Below, one piece after another: positions 52,901 to 64,000 of a stretch of 64,000 nt of DNA; the stretch's first letter is position 1; each line of letters starts with the position of its first letter. A program made the position numbers and the translations under genes. The notes beneath the pieces were generated by a model that made no database searches, was not told the origin of the DNA, and worked only from the letters and a program-made list of their open reading frames with translations. Origin of the DNA: the human T2T-CHM13v2.0 reference genome, Homo sapiens. The stretch lies in the NCBI RefSeq assembly GCF_009914755.1, contig NC_060936.1. One strand, 5' to 3'.

Positions 52901-55900
52901 CCATGGTGGAAAAGGAAATATTTTAACATAAAAACTATATAGAAACATTCTCAGGAACCTCTTTTTGGTGTTTGCATTCATCTAACAGAGTTGAACCTTT
53001 CCTTTGATAGAGCAGTTTTGAAACACTCTTTTTGTAGAATATGCAAGGGTCCATTTGGCATACTTTGAGGCCTATGGTGGAAAAGGAAATAGCTTCACAT
53101 AAACACTAGACAGAAGCATTCTCAGAAATATCTTTGTGATGTATGTGTTCAATTCACAGAGTTGAACCTTTCTTTTGATAGAACAGTTTTCAATCACTCC
53201 TTTGGTAGAATCTGCTTGTGGATATTTGGAACTCTTTGAGGCCTTCGTTGGAAACGGGGATATCTTCACATACAAACTAGACAGAAGCATTCTCAGGAAC
53301 TTTTTGAGATGTGTGCATTCAACTAACAGAGTTCAACCTGTCTTTTGATAGAGCAGTATTGAAACACTCCTTTTGTAGAATCTGCTTTTGGATATTTTGA
53401 ACTCTTTGAGGAATACGTAGGAAACGGGTATCTTCACATAAAAACTAGACAGAAGCATTCTCAGAAACTTCTGTGTGATGTGTGCATTCAACTCACAGAG
53501 TTGAAACTTCTTTTGTGAGAGCAGTGTTCTATCAGTCTCTTTGTAGAATCTGCTAGTGCATATTTGGAGCGATTTGAGGCCTGTGTTGGAAAATGAAATA
53601 TCTTCACATAAAAACCAGACAGAAGCATTCTCAGGAACTTATTTGTGATGTGCGAATTCAGCTAACAGAGTTGAACCTTTCTTTTGATAGACCAGGTTTG
53701 AAATGCTCTTTTTGTAGAATCTGCAAGTGTTCATTTGGAGCGCTTTGAGGCCTATGGTGGAATAGGAAATATCTTCACATAAAAGCTAGACAGAAGCATT
53801 CTCAGAAACTTCTTTGAGATGTGTGAATTCAAGTAACACAGTTGAACTTTTCTTTTGATAGAGCAGTTTTGAAACACTCCTTTTGCAGAATCTGCTAGTG
53901 GATAATTTCAGATATATGAGGCCTTCGTTGGAAACGGGAATATCTACACATAAAAACTAGACTGAAGCATTCCCAAAAACTGCTTTGTGATGTGTGCATT
54001 CAACTCACAGATTTGAATACTTGTTTTAATAGAGCAGTTTTGAAACACACTTTTTGTGGAATCTGCAAGTGTTCATTTGGAGCGCTTTGAGGCCTATGTT
54101 GGAAAAGGAAATATCTTCAAATGAAAACTAGATAGAAGCATTCTCAGAAACCACTTTGTGATGTGTGCATTCAACTCGCAGACTTGAACATTTCTTTTGA
54201 TAGAGCAGTTTTGTGACACTCTTTTTGTAGAATTTGCCTGTGTTCATTTGGAGTGCTTTGAGGCCTATGGTGGAAAAGGAAATACTCTCACATAAAAACT
54301 AGACAGAAGCATTCTCAGAAAGTTCTTTGTGATGTGTCCATTCAACTGACAGAGTTGAACATTCTTTTTGAGAGGGCAGTTTTGAAACAGTCTTTTTGCA
54401 GTATCTTTCAGTGGATATTTGGAGTGCTTTGTGGCCAATGATGGAAAAGGAAATATCTTCACATAAAAACTAGACAGAAGCATTCTCAGGAACTTCATTG
54501 AGATGTGTGCATTCAACTAACAGACTACAACCTTTCTTTTGATAAAGCAGTTTTGAAACGTTTCTTTTGCAGAATCTGCTTATGGATATTTTGAACTCTT
54601 TGAGGAATTTGTTGGAAACGGGATATCTGCACATAAAAACTAGACAGAAGCATTCTCAGAAAGTTATTTGTGATGTGTGCATTCAACTCACAGAGTTGAA
54701 CCTTTCTTTTGATAGAGCAGTTTTCAAACAGTCCTTTTTTGGAATCTGCTTGTGGGTATTTGGAGCTCTTTTAGGAATTCGTTGTAAACGGGACAGCTTC
54801 ACATAAAAACTAGACAGAAGCATTCTCAGAAACTGCTTTGTGATGGGTGCATTCAACTCACAGAGTTGAATCCTTCTTTTGATAGAGAGGTTTTGAAACA
54901 GTCTTTTTGTAGAATCTCCAAGTGTTCATTTGGAGCGCTTTGAAGCCTTTGGTGGAAAAGGAAATATCTTCACGTAAAAACTATGCAGAAGCATTTTCAG
55001 AAACTGCTTTGTGATGTGTGCATTCAACTCACAGAGTTGAAGCCTTCTTTTGATAGAGTGGTTTTGAAACAGTCTTTTTGTAGAATCTCCAAGTGTTCAT
55101 TTGGAGCACTTTGAAGCCTTTGGTGGAAAAGGGAATATCTTCATGTAAAAACTACGCAGAAGCATTCTCAGAAACTTTTTGTGATGTATGCATTCAACTC
55201 ACAGGTTTGAACTTTCTTTTTGATAGAGCACTTTTGAAACATTCCTTTTGTAGAAACTGCTTGCGGATATTTGGACCTCTTTGAGGAATTCGTTGGAATC
55301 GGGATATCTTCACATAAAAAACTAGACAGAAGTATTCTCAGAAACTGCTTTGTGATTTGTGCTTTGAAATCAGAGTTGAGTCTTTCTTTTGCTAGAGCAG
55401 TTTTGAAAGAGTCTTTTTGTAATATCTGCAGGTGGATATTTGGAGGGCTTTGAGGCCTATGGTGGAAAAGGAAATAGCTTCACATGAAACCTAGACAGAA
55501 GCATTCTCAGAAACATTTTTGTGATGTGCTCATTCAATTCACAGAGTTGAAACTTTCTTTTGATAGAGCAGTTTGAAACACTGCTTTTGTGGAATCTGTT
55601 GTGTATATTTGGAGCTCTTTGAGGAATACATTGTAAATGGGATATCTTCACATACAAACTATACAAAGCATTCTCAGAAACTGCTTTGTGACGTGTGCAT
55701 TCAACTCACAGAGTTGAACCTTCCTTTTGAGAGAGCAGATTTGAAACCATCTTTTTGTAGTTTCAGCAAGTGGATATTTGGAGCTATTTGAGGCCTATGA
55801 TGGAAAAGGTAATATCCTCACATAAAAACTAGACGAAGCATTCTCAGGAACTTCTTTGTGATGTGTGCATTCAACTAACATAATTGAACCTTTCTTTTGA

Positions 55901-58900
55901 CAGAGCAGTTTTGAAACACTCTTTTTGTAAAATCTGCAAGTGTTCATTTGGAGAGCTTAGAGGCGTATGGTGGAAAAGGAAATATCTTCACATAAAAACT
56001 AGACAGAAGCATTCCCAGAAATTCCTTTGTGATGTGTGTGTTCAATTCACAGAGTTAATCCTTTCTTTTGATGGAGTAGTTTTGAAACACTCTTTTTGTA
56101 GAATCTGCTTGTTGACATTTGGAACTCTTTGAGGAATTTGTTGGAAACGGACTATCTTCACCAAAAAACTAGACAGAGGTATTCTCAGAAATTTCTTTGT
56201 GATGTGTGCATTCTACCAACAGAGTTGAACCTTTCTTTTGATAGAGTAGATTTGAAACTTTCTTTCTGCATAATCTGCAAGTGTTCATTTTGAGCGCTTT
56301 GAGGCCTACGGTGGAAAAGGAAATATCTTCACATGAAAACTAGACAGAAGCATTCTCAGAAAATTTTTTGTGATGTGTACATTCAATTCACAAATTTGAA
56401 CTTTTCTTTTGATAGAGCAGTTTTGAAACACTGCTTTTGTTGAATCTGCTTGTGGATCTTTGTAGCTCTTTGAAGTATTCGTTGTAAACGGGATACCTTC
56501 ACATACAAACGAGACAGAAGCATTCTCAGAATCGGCTTTGTGATGTGTGCATTCAACTCACAGAATTGAACCATCCTTTTGAGAGAGCAGTTTTCAAACA
56601 GTCTTTTTGTAGTATCTGCAAGTGGATATTTGGAGCGATTTGAGGCCTATGATGGAAAAGAAAAATCTTCACATAAAAACTAGACAGAAGCATTCTCAGA
56701 AACTGCTTTGTGTTGCATGCATTCATCTCACAGAGTGGAACCCTTCTTTTGATAGAGCAGTTTTGAAATAGTCTTTTTGTAGTATCTGCAAGTGTTCATT
56801 TGGAGCGCTTTGAAGCCTAGGGAGGAAAAGGAAATATCTTCACATCAAAACTAGACAGAAGCATTCTCAGGAACTCCTTTGAGATGTGTGCATTCAAAGA
56901 ATAGAGTTGAATTTGTCTTTTCATAGAGCAGTATTGAAACACTCCCTTTGCAGAATCTTCTTGAGGATATTTGAAACTCTTTAAGGACTCTTTGGAAATG
57001 GTTATCCTCACATAAAAACTGCACAGAAGTATTCTCAGAAAGTACTTTGTGATGTGTGCATTCAACTTACCAAGTAGAACTTTTCTTTTCATAGACCAGG
57101 TTTTAAATCCTCTTTTTGTAGAATCTGCAAATGTTCATTTGGAGCTCTTTGAGGCCTATGGTGGAAAAGGGAATATCTTCACATAAATACTAGACAGAAG
57201 CATTCTCAGAAATAGCTTTGTGATGTGTGTGTTCAATTCACGGAGTTGAACCTTTCTTTTGATAGAGCAGTTTTGAAACATTAATTTTGTAAAATCTGCT
57301 TGTGGATATATGAAACTCCTTGAGGAATTCGTTGGAAACGGGCTATCATCAGAAAAAAAAACAGAGAGAAGTATTGTCAGAAAGTTCTTTGTGATATGTG
57401 CATTTAACTCACAGAGTTGAACCTTTCTTTTGATAGAGCAGGTTTGAAACTTTCTTTCTGTATAATCTGCAAGTGTTCATTTTGAGCGCTTTGAGGCCTA
57501 CGGTGGAAAAGGAAACACCTTCAAATGAAAACTAGACAGAAGCATTCTCAGAAACTTTTTTGTGATGTGTACATTCCTTTCACAGAGTTGAACCTTTCTT
57601 TTGATAGAGCAGTTTTGAAACACTGTTTTGTAGTATCTGCTTGTGGATATTTGGATCTTTTTGAGGAATTCATTGTAAACGGGATATCTTCACATACAAT
57701 CTAGAGAGAAGCATTCTCAGAAACTGCTTTGTGATGTGTGCATTCTACTCAAAGAGTTGAACCTTCCTTTTGAGAGAGCAGGTACCTAACAGTCTTTTTG
57801 TAGTATCTGCAAGTGGATATTTGGAGCTATTTGAGGCCTATGATGGAAAAGGAAATATCTTTACATAAAAACCAGACAGAAGCATTCTCACAAACTGCTT
57901 TGTGATGTGTACATTCAACACATTGAGTTGAACCTTCCTTTTGAGAGAGCAGTTTTGAAACAATCTTTTTGTAAAATCTGTAAGTGTTCATTTGGAGCGC
58001 TTTGAAACATATGGTGGAAAAGGAAATATCTTCACATAATACGAGAAAGAAGAATTCTCAGAAACTTCTTTGAGATGTGTGCATTCAACTAACGGAGTTG
58101 AACCTGTCTTTTGATAGAGCAGTATTGAAACACTCCTGTTGAAGAATCTGCTTGTGGAAAGTTGGAACTATTGGGAAATTCGTTGCAAAAGGTATCTTCA
58201 TATAAGAACTAGACAGAAGCATTCTCAGAAAGTTCTCTGTGATGTGTGCATTCATCTCACGGAGTTGAACCTTTCTTTTGATAGAGCAGTTTTGAAACAC
58301 ACTTTATGTAGTATCTGCAAGTGTTCATTTGGAGCGTTTTGAGGACTATGTTGGAAAAGAAAATATCTTCACTTAAAAACTAGACAGAAGCATTCTCAGA
58401 AACACCTTCGTGATGTGTGTATTCACTTCACAGAGTTGAACGTTTCTTTTGATATAACAGTTTTGAAACACTCCTTTTGTAGAATCTGTTTGTGGAAATC
58501 TGAAACTCTGTAGGAATTCATTGGAAACGGGCTATCTTCAGAAATAAACTAGAGAGAAGTATTTTCAGAAAGTTATTTGTGATGTGTGCATTCAATTCAC
58601 AGAGTTCTACCTTTCTTTTGATAAAGCAGATTTGAAACATTCTTTCTGTATAATCTGCAAGTGTTCCTTTGAGCGCTTAGAGACCTATGGTGGAAAAGGA
58701 AAAATCTTCACATAAAAACTAGACAGAAGCATTTCCAGAAACTTTTTTGTGATGTGTGCATTCAACTCACAGAGTTGAACATTTCTTTTGATAGAGCACT
58801 TTTGAAACACTCCTTTTGTAGAATCTGCTTGTGGATATTTGGAGCTCTTTGAGGAACTTGTAGTAAACGGGAAATCTTCACATACAAACTAGAAGCATTC

Positions 58901-61092
58901 TCAGAAACTGCTTTGTTATTGTGTGCATTCAACTCACAGAAATGAAACTTCCTTTTGAGAGAGCAGTTTTGAAACAACGTTTTTGTACTATCTGCAAGTG
59001 GATATTTGGAGTGATTTGCTGCCTAGGGTGGAAAAGGAAATATCTTCACATAAAAACAAGACAGAAGCATTTTCAGAAACAACTTTCTGATGTGTGTGTT
59101 CAATTCACAGAGTTGAACCTTTATTTTGACAGAGCAGTTTGAAGCACTTCTTTTGTAGAATCTGCTTGTGGATATATGAAACTCTTTGAGGATTTCGTTG
59201 GAAATGAGCTATCGTCAGAAAAAAAATAAACAGAAGTATTCACAAAAAGTTCTTTGTCATGTGTGCATTCAAATCACAGAGTTGAACCCTTCTTTTGATA
59301 GAGCAGATGTGAAACATTTTTTCTGTATAATCTGCAGGTGTTCGTTATGAGCTCTTAGAGGCCTATGGTGGAAAAGGAAATATCTTCACGTAGAAACTGG
59401 ACAGAAGCATTCTCAGAAACTGCTTTGTGATGTGTGCATTCAACTTACAGATTTGAACCCTTCTTTTGATAGAGCAGTTTTGAAACAGTCTTTTTGTAGA
59501 ATCTGCAAGTGTTTCTTTGGAGCGCTTTGAAGCCTATGGTGGAAGAGGTAATATCTTCACATAAAAAGTAGACAGAAGCATTCTCACAAACACGTTTTTG
59601 ATGTGTGTGTTCCATTCACAGGGTTGAACCTTTCTTTTGTCAGAACAGTTTTGAAACATTCCCTTTGTAGGATCTGTTTGTGGATATATGAAACTCTTTA
59701 TGAATTCGTTGGAAACGGGATATCTTCAGAAATAAACTATCCAGAAGTATTCTCAGAAAGTCCTTTGTGATGTGTGCATTCAATTCACAGAGTTGAACCT
59801 TTCTTTTGTTAGATCAGATTTGAAACATTCTTTCTGTATATTCTGCAAGTGTTCATTTTGAGCTCTAACAGTTCTATGGTGGAAAAGGAAATATCTTCAC
59901 ACAAAATCTAGACAGAAACATTTTCAGAAACTTTTTTGTGATGTGTGCATTCAACTCAGAGTTGAAACTTTCTTTTGGTAGAGCACTTTTGAAACACTCC
60001 TTTTGTAGAATCTGCTTTTGGATATTTGGATCTCTTTAAAGAATTCGTTGTAAACGGGATATCTTCATATACAAAAGAGACAGAAGCATTCTCAGAAACT
60101 GCCTTGCGATGTGTGTATTCAACTAATAGAGTTGAATCTGTCTTTTGATAGAGCAGTATTGAAACACTCCTTTAGTAGAATCTATTTCCGGATATTTGGA
60201 ATTCTTGGAGAAATCTTTGGAAACGGGTATCTTCACGTAAAAAATAGACAGAAGCATTCTCAGAAAGTTCTTCTGATGTGTGCATTCAACTCATAGAGTT
60301 GAACCTTTCCTTTGTTAGAGTAGTTTTGAAACACACTTTTGTGGAATCTGCAAGTGTTCATTTAGATCGCTTTGGGGACTATGGTTGAAAAGGAAATATC
60401 TTCACATAAAAACTACACAGAGAAATTCTGAGAAACAACTTTGTGATGTGTGTGTTCAATGCGCAGAGTTAAACCTTTCTTTTGATAGAGCAGTTTTGAA
60501 ACACTACTTTTGTAGAAGCTGCTTGTGGTTATATGAAACTCTTTGAGGAATTTGTTGTAAACGGGCTATCTTCACAAAAAAAAATAGACAGAAATATTCT
60601 CAGAAAGTTCTTTGTGATGTGTGCATTCAACTCACAGAGTTGAAACTTTCTTTTGATAGAGCAGATTTGAAAAATTCTTTCTGTATAATCTGCAAGTGTC
60701 CATTTTAAGAGCTTAGAGGCCTATGGTGGAAAAGAAAATATCTTCACATAAAAACTAGACAGAAGCATTCTCAGAAACTGCTTTGTGGTGTGTGCCATCC
60801 ACTCACAGATTTCAACCTTCCTTTTGAGAGAGCAATTTAGAAACAGTCTTTTTGTGGTACCTGCAAGTGGATATTTGGAGCGATTTGAGGCCTCAGGTGT
60901 AAAAGGAAATATCTTCACATAAAAACTAGAGCAAAGCATTCTAAGAAACTGCTTTGTGATGTGTGCATTTAACTCACAGAGCTGAGCCTTTCTTTTGATA
61001 GAGCAGATTTGAAACAGTCTTTATGTATTATCTGCAGGTGAATATTTGGAGCGATTTGAAGCCTAAGTTGAAAAAGCATATATCTTCACATA

Positions 61093-61455
61093 AAAACTAG
61101 ACAGAAGCATTCTCAAGAACTTCTTTGTGATGTGTGCATTCAGCTAACATATCTGAACCTTTCTTTTGACAGATCAGCTTTTAAACACTCTTTTTGTACA
61201 ATCTGCAAGTGTTCATTTGGAGAGCTTTGAGGCCTGTGGTGGAAAAGGAAATATCTTCACTTAAAACTAGACAGAAGCATTCTCAAGAACTTCTTTGTGA
61301 TGTGTGCATTCAGCTAACATATCTGAACCTTTCTTTTGACAGATCAGCTTTTAAACACTCTTTTTGTACAATCTGCAAGTGTTCATTTGGAGAGCTTTGA
61401 GGCCTGTGGTGGAAAAGGAAATATCTCTACTTAAAACTAGACAGAAGCATTCTCA
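61093..61455 (+). repeat. Near-perfect 170-bp tandem duplication
   Basis: 61093-61256 is identical to 61263-61426. Only a tc/ct difference follows before identity resumes. Confidence 0.95.
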
Positions 61456-62211
61456 GAAACTCCCTTGTGATGTGTTAGTTCAATTCACAGAGCTGAACCT
61501 ATCTTTTGATAGAGCAGTTTTGAAACACTCCTTTTGTAGAAACTGCCTGTGGATATTTGGAACTCTTTGAGGAATTCGTTGGAAAGGGGCTATCTTCACA
61601 AAAAAACTAGAAGTATTCCCAGAAAGTTCTTTGTGATGTTATCATTCAACTCACAGTGTTGAACTTTTCTTTTGATAGAGCAGATTTGAAACTTTCTTTC
61701 TGTATAATCTGCAAGTGTTCAGTTTGAGCGCTTTGAGGACAATGGTTGAAAAGGAAATATCTTCTCATGAAAATTAGACGGAAGCATTCTCAGAAACTTT
61801 TTTGTGATGTGTGCATTCAATTCACAGAGTTGAACATTTCTTTTGATAGAGCAGCTTTGAAACACTGCTTTTCTAGAATCTGCTTGTGGATATTTGGATC
61901 TCTATGAGGAATTCGTTGTAAATGGTGTATCTTCACATACAAAATAGACAGAAGAATGCTCAGAAACTGCTTTTTGACGTGTGCACTCAACTCAGAGTTG
62001 AATCTATCTTTTCAGAGAGCATTTTTGAAACAGTCTTTTTGTAGTATCTGCAAAGTGGATATTTGGTGCGATTTGAGGCCTATGATGGAAAAGGAAATAT
62101 CTTCACATAAAAAGGAGACAGAAACATTCTCAGAAACTCCTTTGTGATGTGTGCATTCACCGCACAGAGTGGCACCATTCTTTTGAGAGAGCACTTAAGA
62201 AACAGTCTTTC

Positions 62212-62834
62212 TGTAGAATCTGCAAGTGTTCATTTGGAGCTCTTTGAATCCTATGGTGGAAAAGGAAATATCTACACATAAAAACTATACAGAAGCATTC
62301 TCAGAAACTTGTTTGTGATGTGTGCATGCAATTCACAGGGTTGAAACTTTCTTTTCATAGAGCAGTTTTGAAACACTGCTTTTGTAGAATCTACTTGTGG
62401 ATATTTGGAGCTATTTGAGGAATTCGTTGGAAACGGGATATCTTCACATACAAACTAGACAGAAGCATTCTCAGAAACTGCTTTGTGATGTGTTCATTCA
62501 ATTCACAGAGTTGAACACTTCCTTTGATATAGCAGTTTTGAAATAGTATTTTTGTAGAATCTGCAAGTGTTCATTTGGAGCTCTTTGAATCCTATGGTGG
62601 AAAAGGAAATATCTACACATAAAAACTATACAGAAGCATTCTCAGAAACTTGTTTGTGATGTGTGCATGCAATTCACAGGGTTGAAACTTTCTTTTCATA
62701 GAGCAGTTTTGAAACACTGCTTTTGTAGAATCTACTTGTGGATATTTGGAGCTATTTGAAGAATTCGTTGGAAACGGTATATCTTCACATACAAACTAGA
62801 CAGAAGCATTCTCAGAAACTGCTTTGTGATGTGT
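62212..62834 (+). repeat. Near-perfect dimer duplication, 341-bp offset
   Basis: 62212-62492 matches 62553-62833 with two differences that I can see. Confidence 0.92.
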
Positions 62835-64000
62835 GCATTCAACTCACAGAGTTGAAGCTTTCTTTTGAGAGAGCAGTTTTGAAGCAGTCTTTTTGAATAT
62901 CTGCAAGTTGATATTTGCAGTGATTTGAGGCATAAGATGGAAAAGGAAATATCTTCACATGAAAACTAGACAGAAGCATTCTCAGAGACTGCTTTTTGAT
63001 GTGTGCATTCACCTCACAGAGTGGAACACTTCTTTTGAAAGAGCAGTTTTGAAACACACTTTTTGTAGAATCTGCAAGTGTTCATTGGAGCGCTTTCAGG
63101 CCTATGGTGGAAAAGGAAATATCTTCACATAAAAACTAGACAGAAGCATTCTCAGGAACTTCTTTGAGATGTGTGCATTCAACTAACACAGTTAAACCTG
63201 TCTTTTGATAGAGCAGTATTGAAACACTCCTTTTGTAGAATCTACTTGTGGATATTTGGAACTCTTTGAGGAATTATTTGGAAATTGATAACATCACATA
63301 TAAAATAGAGAAAAGCATTCTCGGAAAGTTCTTTGTGATGTATGCATTCAACTCACAAAGTTGAACCTTTCTTTTGATAGAGCAGTTTGGAAACACACTT
63401 TTTGTAGTAACTGCAAGTGTTCATTTGGAGCACTTTGAGGCCTATGTTGGAAATGGAAATATCATCACATAAAAACTAGACAGAAGCATTTTCAGAAACT
63501 CTTTGTATGTGTGTGTTCAATTCACTGAATTGAACCTTTCTTTTGATAGAGCACTTTTGAAACACTACGTTTGTAGAATCTGCTTGTGGATATATGAAAC
63601 TCTTTGAGGAATTCGTTGGAAACGGGCTATCTTCCCAAAAAAAGTAGACAGAAGTATTCTCAGAAAGTTCTTTGTGATGTGTGCATTCATCTGACAGAGT
63701 TGAAACTTTCTTTTGAAACAGCAGATTTGATACATTTTTTCTGTATAGTCTGCAAGTGTCCATTTTTAGCGCTTAGAGGCCTATGGTGGATAAGGAAATA
63801 TCTTCACATACAAACGAGACAGAAGCATTCTCAGAAACTGCTTTGTGATGTGTGCACTCAACTCACAGAGTTGAACCTTCCTTTGGAGAGAGCAGTTGTG
63901 AAACAGTCTTTTTGTGGTACCTGCAAGTGGGTATTTGGAGCGATATGAGGCCTCTGGTTTAAAAGGAAATATCTTCACATGAAAACTAGGCAAAAGCATT

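Larger units (their letters stand above)
29656..64000 (+). repeat. Alpha satellite, SF5-like (R1/R2) irregular A/B monomers with degenerate multimeric structure
   Basis: ~171-bp period. A monomers with ctatggtggaaaaggaa predominate. They are irregularly interspersed with B monomers (tgcttgtggatatttgga.ctctttgaggaattcgttg(g/t)aaacggg), with no strict dimer alternation. SF5 label from recalled consensus. Confidence 0.85.

Noticed and set aside
54826-55175. Adjacent similar monomers (171-bp duplication)
   Set aside because: Real but older and of the same kind as those already reported; it adds nothing new.
709-63999. About 170 short ORFs (60-192 aa) with recurring peptides such as CELNAHITKKFLRMLLSSFYVKIFPFPP
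   Set aside because: They are translations of the 171-bp (57-codon) alpha monomer, occur on both strands and in all frames, and show no domain or gene structure.
1-64000. CRISPR-like or prokaryotic repeat system
   Set aside because: The whole 171-bp unit is repeated with no unique spacers and there are no cas or other genes. The sequence is recognisably primate alpha satellite.

Overview
The window is almost entirely primate (hominid-type) centromeric alpha satellite (~171-bp monomers). It has no protein-coding genes; every ORF in the track is a translation artefact of the repeat. It reads as a cross-section through the aged flank of a centromere. Positions 1-~2.3 kb hold diverged copies of a ~1021-bp 6-monomer higher-order repeat (HOR) resembling human chr7 D7Z1. 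Positions ~2.3-21.38 kb are diverged SF1-type A/B dimers with a CENP-B box about every 340 bp, including a mosaic divergent HOR tagged by a 56-bp intra-monomer duplication. Positions ~21.38-29.65 kb are a different layer built on a ~1357-bp 8-mer (archaic SF01-like). Positions ~29.65-64 kb are irregular A/B SF5-like (R1/R2) monomers with local duplications. Two discrete events stand out. The first is a 5'-truncated L1PA2/3-type insertion at ~21.4-21.7 kb with a perfect 14-bp target-site duplication (TSD) and ~157 bp of 3'-transduced unique DNA, sitting almost exactly on a layer boundary. The second is an orientation switch at ~24,790 inside a CENP-B box with the geometry of a fold-back inverted duplication. 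Family and chromosome names come from recalled consensus sequences and need database confirmation. I see no support for a new gene system.
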